DNA of 64,000 bases. Origin: Selaginella moellendorffii (Eukaryota; Plantae; Lycopodiophyta). A program made the position numbers and the translations under genes. Each line of letters starts with the position of its first letter. Position 1 is the stretch's first letter. A model generated the notes under the pieces. The model was not told the DNA's origin and made no database searches. It saw only the letters and a list, made by a program, of their open reading frames with translations. Below are positions 1-13,328 of this stretch, piece after piece. The stretch lies in NCBI RefSeq assembly GCF_000143415.4, contig NW_003314266.1, positions 1,758,463-1,822,462 of the forward strand, given 5' to 3'.

Positions 1-871
<871 letters not shown>

Positions 872-963
872 CGAATCGAAGCGATGATCAGCCAAGCGCG
901 CGCTCGATCACGCGCGCATTGCCCCTGACGAGCCGATTATATCAATATCTCTTATTAACCGCG

Positions 964-1187
964 GAATCCTCCATGACTGTTAACATTTGTCTCATCCTAT
1001 CTTATATTCAATGGTTCTTAATTTCGGAGTGGGCAATCGCGTTGAAATAGTCTATCCTTGCTTGAGCTCGTTCCAATGGAATGGGTGAATAGTTTAGCTC
1101 GCCACGCAAAGTAGACTTTTCGATTTTAACTCGTGGTGGCAGCGGGGTAAGTAAGATAAGATAAGTGTTCACAGTCATGGAGGATTC
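964..1187. repeat. Small fold-back element (MITE-like or hairpin RNA); partial second copy at ~7509-7692
   Basis: GAATCCTCCATGACTGTTAACA (964-985) pairs with TGTTCACAGTCATGGAGGATTC (1166-1187). Confidence 0.7.
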
Positions 1188-2749
1188 AGGAGTTGCGTAT
1201 GGGGTACCTGGTGATTCTAGAAAGAAGACCACCGCCTCTTTGGCTTTGGCCTTTCGAAGAAAACGTTGGGATCGCAAGAGCCGTGGCTTACCATCCTCTG
1301 AGATGGAAATTTCTGGCGTGCTTTGGAGGTAGGTTCAAAGGATAACATTCTTAGTTTGTTACATCTTCATTTACATTCAAATTGATTACATATTGGCAAT
1401 AGTGAAGCGTGATGGATAAAAACGGAAAATATTAACTTGGCGCTGTGTTGCTCCAGTGCCCCAATTAAACCTTTGCAATTTGAAAATATGCCATTTATAT
1501 TCACAAGTTTTTATTGTATTAAGTTTAGCTTTGAAAGAGTAAGGTAACAAAGGGCACTAAAGGGTGCTAAAAGGATAGTCAAGATAGAATAAAGTTGAGA
1601 AGTCTAAATAAAACTTATACAAGATTTTTATGAAGTAACAAATGATAATTGATACTTTGTATTTGGAATCACAATAGATATGAGAATACTTGAGTAGTAA
1701 TCTACAAGATATGAAAGAATATTTTATTCGTCAAAAAAACTTATTTAAGGTGGATTAAAAGAGAATATAATTTTTTTATGGTGCAAATTCAATATATAAG
1801 CCATTACAATTTTTCTAAATCTAGATTTAAAAGTACCTCTAGCAACATTGCTTTTTATAATTTTATAATTTAGATCATGGCTATTACCATCCCACTCCTC
1901 CAATATAATAGTAGAAGTGTGATGCAATTAAATTGCATATAAAGATAAACTATAAATAACTAAAAAGAATAACTTAAGATTAAGGGCATGTGTTTGAAGG
2001 TCTTGAGTAGTATTGGGTTAGGAAGTTCAAATAAAAATTTATATTCAAATACTTTTATTAAATTTGTGACTTGAAATTGTTTATAATCTAAACTTAGAGT
2101 TATCTAACTCTTAAGTCTAAGAAATGAAATTTATTATCAATAATAACTTTCATTTTTGTATTGAACTACCATTTATAATCTATTCACTCCTATCCAAAAA
2201 GCTCTGATTGAATTTGTGTGCAATCAATAGCTTAAACACAATTTAGGAAACCACGTAATCTTTAAAAATTAATCTTCACTATTTGAAAATTTTCTTTTTT
2301 TAATATATATGTTTTGTGCTTTTATGCCACATATCTCTTGTAGCTAACTATCACAAAGAGATGACCACCTATTTTGTCCTAAAGTTATTCCTACCTATAA
2401 TATTGTAAAGATCTTGTGAAGGATTTGTATTAAGATTATCGTTTAACAAATTGTAAAGGAGTTTAAATGTGAATACTAAAACTCAAAAGTAGCTTTTTCC
2501 AGCAATTTGAGTGTAGAAGAAATATCATTAATGCAAATTTCACTTGTTGATGTATATATCTTTAACAAGCTTATCTCTCATTGACCTTGAGTGAAATTTT
2601 CGCACTTAGAAATTCACTAAACACATTATTAAATTGCCATATTCGAATAAGTGTGTCCTTGATGAGAGAAGAAGTAGCAAAATTACTTAAAGCTACAGAA
2701 GAGTGTAGCCTTTCATATTTTTAAAGTATGTATTAAATAACAAATTCAC

Positions 2750-2920
2750 ATACCTTTGTTACCATTGGAGCTATACTCAAATATTTGACAAGTACTCGGT
2801 GAATAATTAAGTGGTTGACTATTCCTTTCTCTAGTATTGGTTGAATACTTAGTGTCATGTGTTCCAGAACCGTTTTACATTTGGCAGCTGGTTCATCGGA
2901 AAGTATCTCCTTGATCCTGC
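2750..2920 (-). pseudogene. Exon fragment similar to Pumilio-24/PUM3 (Puf6 family) in AT-rich DNA
   Basis: VLEHMTLSIQPILEKGIVNHLIIHRVLVKYLSIA resembles the conserved HM...IQPILEKGIVDH..H..L.EY block of plant APUM24; no other intact exons seen. Confidence 0.6.
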
Positions 2921-3739
2921 ATATTGAAAGTTTATCTTTATCACTATTTGAGATCATTACAAACTCTCCTTCCTTATTATCATTTTTATTTTTCAAGGTT
3001 ATTACTTCATCCTCAAAGCCACAAACACCTTGACCAAGTATGGCATCACTCTTAATTGCCCCTGTTGAGCTCTCTATTCTCTGTTGAATTAGGGCTTTTT
3101 AGGGCAAATTAAGGTGAATTAATAGCCTATATATAGTGCTTGAACTCGTGATCCCAAGATCTCAATTAAAGACCCCATTTTCTGTGTAGTTGATAGCTAC
3201 AAAAAATTATAATGATGAAAAACTAACATTAGATAAATGTCATGGACTTAAAGAAGTTTTGGTGGTAGAAATATCTAAACTACACTAAATATATTTTTAG
3301 AAGCATAATCCAATGTCTCAAACACTTACCTCTAGAGTTTTTATAAGTTTATAAGTTCATTTGAGTTTCCTAAAAATAAAATTTTTAGTTTGAATGCAAT
3401 GAAGATTTTAACTCACCACCCAAAACACTACTTTGAATTCTCAACTAAAAATAATGCTAGAAATGTCAAGTTTTCCTATGATTGCACCATTAATGTTACC
3501 ATGGGTGCTTTTGAAATACCTGATTGTCCTCTTTGTAGCAATTCCATCTGCTTTGAATTTTCTTGGATGCACTAATTGTAGCACTGCCAAACTTAAATTT
3601 ACTTTTTTTTGGCCACGAGTCAAGCTAAGAGTCAAGGCCCCCCAATTACCCAAAAGGGCCACATAAAATATTAAAGGACCTGGAATTCTCCCAGGTCCCC
3701 CACCCCCTCTAGAATGCGAGGTGACCAAACTAGGCAGAG

Positions 3740-4275
3740 GCTGAACCTCACTGTAGTCATCCGTGGATGTAAAGACTATATAATAGTGGCCGAGAACTTA
3801 GAAGTGGAGAAGAGCAAGATCCTGGCACATGGCAATGGCGTCACCTCATTGGCATTTTCTTTTATTTTTCTAGAGTTGGCTGTGTTCGAGAGAACATTCA
3901 AGAAAAAGGGGATATTCTAGGGAGTCAGGTTAAGGACGCAAGAATGTAGTGGAGCTTGGCATGAGCTGAAGAGGCAGAACAATGGAGCCCAAAGCAAAGT
4001 TGATGTGGTGAAGCAGCATATCCAGGTGTGGTGAGCAGTACATTGTGGGCAAAAGTGAATAGATTTTTGGTCGAGATCTTGGTGGAGTTGTTTGGAAGAA
4101 TAGAAGTTTTATGTTCCTTCACAGCTCTTGGGGGTTCTAAGTTATGGCTTGGTGTGTCATTGTAATGTTTGGTGCATTAGCCACAAACCAAGCCAAGGAA
4201 AATAAAACTTCTATTCTTCTAACAACTCGACCAAGGCCTCAGTTAATAATGAGAGCCACTTTTGCCCACAATGTG
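3740..4275. repeat. Repeat with long internal fold-back; paralogous copy at ~8020-8600
   Basis: 3742-3860 aligns with 8021-8160; arms 4040-4120 and 4195-4275 are reverse complements. Confidence 0.7.
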
Positions 4276-4789
4276 GGCACACTATACTCCCTGGAAGAGA
4301 GTGCTCCCTTCAAAATCTATCTAACCATGTTTTTATTTGATAAATTCGAAGACAATGTTAAAGAGCCAAGATTGATGGAGAGGGAAAGACGTCCCAGCTT
4401 TATATATCATCCGTGGAACACGGCATTGAGAGGGCTACTGGGGTTGGCCGTGGAGAAGGGGGAGGATTGCTCCGACTGCATTGCGTGTTCCAGGGGCCTG
4501 GTGGACAAGTTTGATCAAGGGATTCCAGCCTCTCCCGCTGCTTCAAAGACTTTAGAAGCAATGCATAAGTGGGGACGGGCAGTGGTCCACTATCTGGATA
4601 TATGTCTTTGGAGGAGCTGCTGGTGAGACTGTCCATCTTTGCCTCGCGAGGATGGGGATGCTACTGTGCTTGTAGCTCTATGTAGCACGAACATATACAA
4701 GTTTCCTCGAAAACTCAAGATATCACGACTTTTCCAGGATCCATAACTTAATCCCAGTTCTTAGCTCTATTCCTCCAACTTTGCTGCTA

Positions 4790-5370
4790 GCCAAGAGCGT
4801 GTGCTCCCTCGGAAGCCTCGTATAGCAAATGCCTAAGGCTCATCAAATGTGATCCAGTTCTTTGCCCTGTCTCCAAGGCCCAAAGCGTGCCTCATACGCG
4901 ACAAATTTCTCCCTGAATCATCGATCAGATACTTTCATCTCAAGCTCAAACTCGATCAGAAAGAGAGATACTTAACCTTATGCTGCTGTTCAACCATCCA
5001 CCAGAGAGGTACAGAGCCTCAGAAACTAAAAAAGATCTCAATCCTATTGCTTTCGACTCCTGGATCAAGAAGGCCAAAGTTCTTTCTCTATCCAAGGACT
5101 GAAAGTTTTGCAGTGAATCTAGCTCCCGCCAGGAAAATTGTCTAGCAAGGAAATGTGAAAAACAGCAAAAAGATCTTAAGCCTTATACCAGGATGGGCTC
5201 CAGCTTATGTATATTTCCATAGACATCTGGATACTTATGTAGGCATCCATATCCATCCCCTTCATGGACTTTATATCATCAGTATCAAGAAGAAATAGCC
5301 TCCACTTTAAACCTGTGATATTGATCGACTACGACATCGCCATTGCTCCTGTCTATAATTTTCCTGCTCA
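4790..5370 (-). pseudogene. Decayed GH1 beta-glucosidase duplicate (smaller remnant at ~8640-8790)
   Basis: Recognisable GDRAKNWITFDEP, GGWLNSS, MKGMDMDAY and NGDVVVDQYHRFK pieces matching the gene at 1-871, with indels and stops. Confidence 0.75.
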
Positions 5371-5514
5371 AATCTTTGATTGCTCGCTTGAATCGACCGT
5401 ATGAGAGCAAACCATGCATTAGAAGAAAATCAGGAAATTCTCAAGGCTGAATGTTGCCCTAGATTCTATATATCATTCTTTTATGTCTTATCCGAAACTA
5501 GGGTTCTTGAGAGA

Positions 5515-5999
5515 ATGTCGTACTTGCTACCCCACCTCCACTCCGGCTATGTTGTGGATCAAGCGATCCTCACGGAGGACGAGCGCGTCGTGGTGATTCG
5601 CTTCGGCCACGATTGGGACGAGACGTGTATGCAGGTAAGCTGGAATCGCTCTCCCGGTAATCTCTTTGCCCTAATTCCGTGTCCTCGCAGATGGACGAGG
5701 TGCTGGCCAATGTCGCGGAGCCGCTCAAGAATTTCGCCGTGATCTACCTGGTGGACATCACCGAGGTCCCGGATTTCAACACCATGTACGAGCTCTACGA
5801 TCCCTGTACTGTGATGTTCTTCTTCCGCAACAAGCACATCATGATCGACCTTGGCACCGGCAACAACAACAAGATCAACTGGGCGCTCAAGGACAAGCAG
5901 GAGTTCATCGACATTGTGGAGACTGTCTACCGCGGCGCCAGGAAAGGTCGAGGTCTCGTTGTTTCTCCCAAGGATTATTCCACGAAGTACCGCTACTAA
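5515..5999 (+). CDS. YLS8: U5 snRNP thioredoxin-like protein DIM1/YLS8 (TXNL4A), 142 aa, 2 exons (5515-5634, 5691-5999)
   Basis: MSYLLPHLHS...RFGHDWDETCMQ|MDEVLA...RGARKGRGLVVSPKDYSTKYRY; 56-nt GT-AG intron; canonical length. Confidence 0.97.
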
Positions 6000-6547
6000 G
6001 AAGGAACAAAAGAACAAAACAAGAACAAGATGGTAATGGATCAATTTACGCGATTGCTAAGCGACTTCTCTTCTTTTTTACAGACTTTTCAAGCAGCAGT
6101 CCCGAGCTTGGAAGATCTTAGTTCTATCTAGTATTGGAAAAGGTATACTCTTTTCTAATAGAACAGACGACTTAATACTTGGGTCTTTAGTTTTTCATTT
6201 TTCATAACTTAAAGGGCACACACGAGAGGACGAAATTCAATACCCGAACCACTTGCCTTACAAGATGGTATCTCTGCAATGCGTGCCAGGCAGGAAATTC
6301 CGAGGTGTGTTCTTGACTTTCCCCTGCTGGATAACGAAGAGTCAAAGACAAAACACAGGCAAAAAGGGCGGAGCTATGGAGGTTTCTGGCTGTTGCTGAG
6401 GGAGAAATCAATGCGAGGACGAGCAGGATGGATGATATCCCCTCAAGGCAACAATCTTCAAGAGACAAAACGAGGGACGTGATCACGGGAAGGACCAGAA
6501 ACAAACGTACGGAAACGAGAGAAGCTGAAAGAAGAGAAAGGTTGAGA

Positions 6548-6870
6548 CTTTGGAGCTCGTTGCTCGGCGTCACTGCTCCTTTCCCTTTCGGGACCGTGTG
6601 TGGAGATGAGGGTGTTGATGGCGACTATGGAATCCAGCGAGAGCTTTGCCGAGGGCAGGATTTGCACAGCCACAGTGAGAAGAGTGCTGGTGGCATCGTT
6701 CTGGAGGACGCTGCTGGTAGAGTGCGGCTCCGAGCCGTCGGGAAGGATGACGAAGCCTGAGGGGAGCACATCAACGTGAGCTGGATCACCGCCTTGAATC
6801 ATCATGTTGATCATGGTGAGCTCCACCTGGACGTAGATGATGAGGGAACCGGAAGCGTCAGTGCACTCTC
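6548..6870 (-). pseudogene. Duplicated 3' terminal fragment of the HD-ZIP IV gene
   Basis: Near-identical to 9929-10260 but with deletions, a frameshift and no upstream exons. Confidence 0.85.
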
Positions 6871-6899
6871 CCTATTCCAGAACTGGAGACGCTGGCATC

Positions 6900-7390
6900 C
6901 GATCGTGGAATTCACTGCTGCTGGATATGTTGTCAATAGGGAGAGTGAAGTGAGCTTGGATATCGACAAGGATGATGAAATCTGGTGGGCGGAACTGGAT
7001 GTAGTACCGATTGCAGGGCTACTATTTTCCTGGTTCGGCAAATCCATCTAGCTGCTGCATGCAAAACTCTCATGGATCCTAGTCGTGCCTTGAAACGAGT
7101 GGCCATCAGGGTTTGTTTTCAAAGCAAACACTCAGCAGGAATGGAAGAAACCATGGCAAATTCCCTGGTAGACATGTACGCCCACTGCGGAAGAACATAT
7201 GGTGGAAGCTCGAAAAGTTTTCGATGAGAGACGTGGTTCACTGCTGCTAGGATATGTTGTCAATAGGGAGAGTGAATTGAGCTTGGATATCAACATGGTC
7301 TGGTGGGCAGAACTGGATGTAGTGGTAGCATTTATACCATACATAACCCTATTTTCCAGGGACTCTAGTCTTGCCTTGAAATGAGTTGTG
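6900..7390 (+). pseudogene. PLS-class PPR gene fragments (two tandem partial copies)
   Basis: NSLVDMYAHCG..MVEARKVFDE..SLLLGYVVNRESELSL; 6910-7030 is repeated at 7237-7358; frameshifted. Confidence 0.7.
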
Positions 7391-8904
7391 CCAAGAATTT
7401 TGCTTCTGGAGAATTCATGCCTTGAGAAGTTCTCCAGCAGTGGAAGCAAATGTGGTTTCTTCCTCCGTGGAGCATTAAGGGTCTGGCAGTGCTGGACGTA
7501 GCATGGAGTATCTCTTATTGGAATCCTCCATGGCTGTAACACTTGTCTCGTCCTATCTTATCTTCAACGAGCTAGACTATTCACCCATTCCATTGGAACG
7601 AGCTCAAGCAAGGATAGATTATTTCAACATGATTGCCCACTCGAAATTAAGAACCACCACCCAAAGTGGCCTTTTCGATTTTAACTCGTGGTAAGTGTCA
7701 GGTTTAGGAAAGTTGGTGGCAATGCTTTATCTGTTGTCAAGCAACACTACCAAGCTCTGTGCTTGTGTATCCTCCGCAAGTGTCATGGAGGAAGCTCTCC
7801 ATCACTCCACCGGCCAGTGACAATGGCAGCATCCATGCTCTGAATGCAGTTGAAGAATACAGGCTCACTCCAAGGATTGTATTGAATTTCTCTTCTTTTC
7901 CAGGGAGCATCTTGCAGCATGCAAGCTTCACCTAGGTAGAGTTGTTCGAAGCACGTACTTCCTGTTACCACTCAAACCTTATGGGGATGGGGGCAGAGGA
8001 GTGGGAAATACTTTACCAGTTGAACGTCACTGTAGTTGTCCTTAGGTGTACAGACTATATAACAGAGCGGCCGAGGACTTGGAAGTGGCAGCAGAGCAAG
8101 AAGATCCTCGCGCATGGTGATGTCGTCACCTCACTGATGCCAAGGGAATGGCATTTTCTTTTATTTTTTTAGACTTAGCGAGTCCTGGAGTGGAGAATCG
8201 TCAAGATTCCAGAGAACATTCAAGAAAATCCAAAGAGTGGTGAAGAGGAGGTTAGGGAAGTGAGAGTGTGGCATGACACAAAGAGGCGGAAGAATGGAGC
8301 CCAAAGCAGAACCACTGTGGTGAAGCGGCATATCTGGGTGCAGCAAGCAACTCAGGTGAGTATATTGTGGGCAAAAGTGGATCGGATTTCTGGTTGAAGT
8401 CTTGACTGAGTTATTGGAAGAATAAAAGCTTTATGTTCCTCCACAGCTCTTGGGGGTGTTGAGTCCAGGTTTTAAGTTCTGCATTGGTTTGTCATCATCA
8501 TGTTTGGTGCATTGGCCGATGATGATGACAAACCAAGACAGAACCCTGGGCTCAACACCCCAAGAGTTGTGGGAACACAAAACTTATATTCTTCCAAAAA
8601 ATTGACTCGCTCACCTTACAGTGAATCCAGGAAAAATTGTCTAACAATCAAATGTGAAGAGAAGAGAACAAAAAGATCTTAAGCCTTGTACCAGGAAAAG
8701 CTGGGCTCCAGCTTATGTATATTTCCATAGACATCTGGATACCTACATATCCATGCTTCATAGACTTATCTCATCGTGGAACGAGGTTAATTTTATCTCA
8801 TCACTCAGTATCAAGAAGAATACTTTATGCCACATCGAGACCATATGGAAAAATGCTTAATAACTTGCCCTAGATTCTATATAACATCCTCTTAGGTCTT
8901 GTCC

Positions 8905-9352
8905 GATTACTTGTTGCCCCACCTCCACTCCGCTTATGTTGTGGATCAAGCGATCCTCACAGAGGACGAGCGCGTCGTGGTGATTCGCTTCGGCCACGAT
9001 TGGGACGAGACGTGTATGCAGGTAAGCTGGAATCGCTCTCCCGGTAATCTCTTTGCCCTAATTCCGTGTCCGCGCAGATGGACGAGGTGCTGGCCAATGT
9101 CGCGGAGCCGCTCAAGAATTTGGCCGTGATCTATCTGGTGGACATCAACACCATGTACGAGCTCTAGGATCCCTGTACCGTGATGTTCTTGCGCAACAAG
9201 CACATCATGATCGACCTTGGCACCGGCAACAACAACAAGATCAACTGGGCGCTCAAGGACAAGCAGGAGTTCATCGACATTGTGGAGACTGTCTACCCCG
9301 TCGCCAGGAAAGGTCGCTCTCCCAAGGATTATTCCACCAAGTACCGCTACCA
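8905..9352 (+). pseudogene. DIM1/YLS8 pseudogene
   Basis: Copy of 5515-5999 lacking the ATG, with the TEVPDF deletion, an in-frame TAG, and deletions near the C-terminus that remove the stop. Confidence 0.88.
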
Positions 9353-9928
9353 AGGAACAAAAGAACAAAAGAAGAACAAGATGGTAATGGATCAATTCGC
9401 GCGATTGCTAAGCGACTTCTCTTTTTTTTTTTACAGACTTTTCAAGCAGCTTGGAAGATCTTAGCTCAGGTATACTCTTTTCTAGTAGAACAAGTCGACT
9501 TAATACTTGGGTCTTTTGTTTTTCATTTTCCATAACTTAAGAGCACACACGAGAGGACGAAAGTCAATACCCGAACCACTCGCCTTACAAGGTGGTGTCT
9601 CTGCAATGCGTGCCAGCAGACAACACGGTGAAAGGCAGGAAATTCCGAGGTGCGTTCTTGACTTTCCCCTGCTGGATAGTAAGTAAATAACGAAAAGTCA
9701 AAGACAAAACACAGGCAAAAAGGACGGGGCTATGGAGGTTTCTGCCTGTTGCTGAGGGAGAAATCAACGCAGTGCTCCAGAGGACGAGCAGGATGGTTGA
9801 TATCCCCTCAAGGCAACAAACTTCTTCAAGAGACAAAACGAGGGGCGTGATCACGGGAAGGACGAGAAACAAACTTACGGAAACGAGAGAAGCTGAAAGA
9901 AGGGAAGAGATCTTCGAAGGTTGAGACT

Positions 9929-12900
9929 TTAGAGCTCGTTGCTCGGCGTCAGTGCTCCTTTCACCTTCTGGACCGTGTTGGAGATGAGGGTGTTGATGGC
10001 GACAATGGAATCCAGCGAGAGCTTTGCCGAGGGCAGGGTGCTGATGAGGATTTGCACGGCCACGGTGAGAAGAGTGCCGGTGGCATCGTTCTGGAGGATG
10101 CTCGTGGTCGAGTGCGGCTCCGAGCCGTCGGGAAGGATGACGAAGCCCGAGGGGAGCACAGCAACGTGAGCTGGATCGCCGCCTTGAATCATCATGTTGA
10201 TCATGGTGAGCTCCACCGGGGCGTAGACGACGAGGGAACCGGAAGCATCAGTGCAGCTCTCTTGGAGGAAGAGCATCTGGTTCTGATTAGCGTTGAGAGT
10301 CTGGTTGAGAGCCTGGACGAGCAAGAAAAGATGGTTATGATCGAACAAAGTTGCGAGAGGAGAAGCTTACATCGATCCGGAAGAGAGAGACGTCGTTCCC
10401 GGTGGCTTGGCCTTTGGCGATGCGGGCTACTTCCTGAACCATTCCACTGTTATCCCACTGCGGAGAACCACAAAGACGTCAGCGAAAGGACAAGGCTTTG
10501 AGAGTCACGAGCGAGGACGTACCTCGCTGCGGAGGTGCTCGCTGCGGAGATAGTCAAAAACTCGGGCTGGAGCCAACGGGAGCCAGAGCGTGGTGGCAGC
10601 GCTGAGAACTATGCCGTGGGGCTCGCCGGGGTTGTCGACGCTCTTGCGCGTCATGACACGGATATCGTCGTGAACGCTGCCAGAGAGTGTTGTCCACTGG
10701 CTGCTCGGAGCACCAACGCCGGCGCAGAAGTTAGTGGTCATGCGCTGCGACAGCTTGAGCAGGGACTGGCGAGCAGGAGAGTTTGGAATCACTGCAAACA
10801 AGACGGCACGTAAGAACTCGCTGGAACTCTAGAGGATGGAACTCTCACCTCCGATTTCTCGAGCTGAAGCGAGACCCGGGAGATAGCAAGTCAGTGCTTC
10901 GCACTGACGCTGGAGAGTGGCCAGCCACTTCCGCGCACCGAAGGCTCCACCGCTACTCACCAAGGATTTAAAGAGCTGATGGACGGGCTGGTCGTCGTAC
11001 TCCATATGTTCCACGACAACAACCTGAGAAGACGAAACGAAACGAACAAAAGTTAGCGATGAAACCAGACGAAAGTAACCTGAAAACACGCAGTAAGACG
11101 AGACGAAACCGGAGAGCGACGAAAGAAACGTAAACGAAACTTAAGATGAAACCAGACTAACGAACGAACCGAGAGATACCTTGGAGCAGCCGTTTGGCAT
11201 GTCGTGGATAGAATCCGGCATGTCTTGGATTAGCATTCCCGATGGAGAGCGTCGGCAATGCAACGAAGCTGGGGATGGCGTTCCATGGAGACCATCGACG
11301 GAGACGTCAACCACGGCCCAGGTGCTGTCCTGATGCTGCTTGCAGTAACGAAGGAAGTAAACTTCCCTGGTCTGCATCAGCGGGGAGAGAGCTTGGATCT
11401 CGGCATACATCTATAGAAGGGAGAAACGTAAGAACAATCAGCATGAGACTTGAAAAACAGCGTTGCATACCAGCTGAAGTGTTCCACTTAAACTACCGGG
11501 AGCACAAGAGATAACTTCCAGCGTCAGTGCTTTTGAAACGTTCGTGCAAAACATCTCCATCCACTTCGCCTGGCAAGGAGAAAAAAAACGCGTGAGAAAC
11601 GAAAAACCGAGTTACGAACTAGAACATACCGGATCCATGAGAACTTCGACCAAGCTCGCGGCGTTCATCATCACAAGCCCATCATCGCGAGTGGCATCGG
11701 TCTTGAAACCATACTGCTTGCTTTCAACGAACTTTGGAAACTGGCGAACGTACTCGTCGTAGTTAAGCACCTCCTTGGAGGCGTCCGGGCTTGGGATCCA
11801 CACCGGCGAGTCAGGCTGTGCGAGCTGGACGAGCTCATCCATTGCCATGACTGCCAGGTCAAGGACGCTGTTCTTCTCGACGTCGCTCAGGACAACAGAT
11901 TTGTTGGTGTTAAGATTGTTGGCGTTCGAAAGCTCCTCGACTCCTGATGGTGGCGCTGAAAGTAATCCAGCCACCTGTGCTGGAGGAGACATCGGATTGC
12001 TCCCTGCAGCACCCTGGATGGAAAGGTTTAGAGACGATCCGGAAAACTGTGGAGCTTGTTGGGAAACCATCGGCGGTACCGATCGTCCAAAAAGCTTTGC
12101 AGCGACAGCAGACACTCGATCGAGCTGGACAAACAACACAAAAACTTCGTCGTTAGAACTCGGGACAAACAAATAAGACCAAAGACCAGTACCTCGTCCT
12201 TCAAGCAAGCGTTCTCGATTCGCAGGTGCTGCTCTTCGAAGGACATCTCTCGCAGAGTTGCAGGGCCTCCGCAATTTGGACACGATGCATTGCGTATCGC
12301 CTCGCGCATGGTGATGTTTTCAGCGCGGAGCTTCTCCACCTCGTGGCGCAAAACGTTGTTCTCCGCTCGCTCCTGCTGGGCCTGGACAGACAAGGAAGAT
12401 CTTTACATCAGAAACGCCAAAGAAAAGCTTTTGGAGCTTCTATCCTACCTTGAGCTGCGTGCGGCGATTCTGGAACCAGAACTTGACTTGCCGAGGCTCC
12501 AGTCCTAGCTCCCGGCTCAGCTCCTGGCGCTGCTTATCGTCGGGATGAGGACACTCCTTGAACAACCTGGCACGAAGAAAGATAAGTTCTCATCATGCTC
12601 TCGGCTTGTAGTACTTACGATTCCATCTCTTGAATCTGCCTTGCAGTGTGACGATGATAGCGCTTCTTCCTCGGCGGCTCCTGCTCGTCACCCGACGCGT
12701 TTCCCATGTTCTCGCTGCCGCTGCCGGACCGGCTCTCGTTCTCATCCTCCTTGCTCTTGCTCTTGACACCGAGCTCGCCATCGGGAGCCGGCTTGGACTC
12801 CAGCTGCATCTCCGGACAGTTTGGCTGCTGCTACAGCACGAGCACGAGACAGTGAGCAACGCTTCTCAAGATCTTCCGGCCATTCATAGCCCCCCGGAGA

Positions 12901-13328
12901 CCACACCCAGCGAGCAAGAAGCAGGCAAACATGCTTGGAACAGCTAGCCGCGAAGGTCAAAACCAAAACTCTCAAGCTCCATTCAATGCAACCGTTGCTG
13001 TTCTTGCAGGATTCTCACACAGCCACGGAACCCATGCACGCAAGCGGACGAGCTAAGGCTAGACCAACGACGCAAGAACCACAGAAAGACATGAAAGCTA
13101 GAGCCTTTTGAAGGACATGAAAGCTAGATGTTTTTTTGGAGGACTTACCAGGCCGAGCGAGAGTCCAGGAGAAGTGAAAGAGTTCTTCATCTGAGGCGGC
13201 ATGCCTGGAGCGCCCCTGTTGATGAGCCGCGACGCCGACATTGGAATGTTTGCGAGGTCGGAAAGACCCATAGCTCCAAAGCCGGCATTGTCCGCCAGGA
13301 GAGCCACCGTCGGGCCGTCAAACCTCAT
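9929..13328 (-). CDS. Class IV homeodomain-leucine zipper transcription factor (HD + ZLZ + START + SAD), ~11 exons
   Basis: [11 protein letters not shown]; [20 protein letters not shown]; [18 protein letters not shown]; CPNCGGP zipper-loop-zipper; [11 protein letters not shown]; [12 protein letters not shown]; [33 protein letters not shown]. Confidence 0.96.

Noticed and set aside
4144-4636. 160-aa ORF and opposing 78-aa ORF
   Set aside because: Starts within a fold-back repeat; no family similarity recognised
7737-7971. Short minus-strand ORFs that look like a gene fragment
   Set aside because: Could not assign any family with confidence
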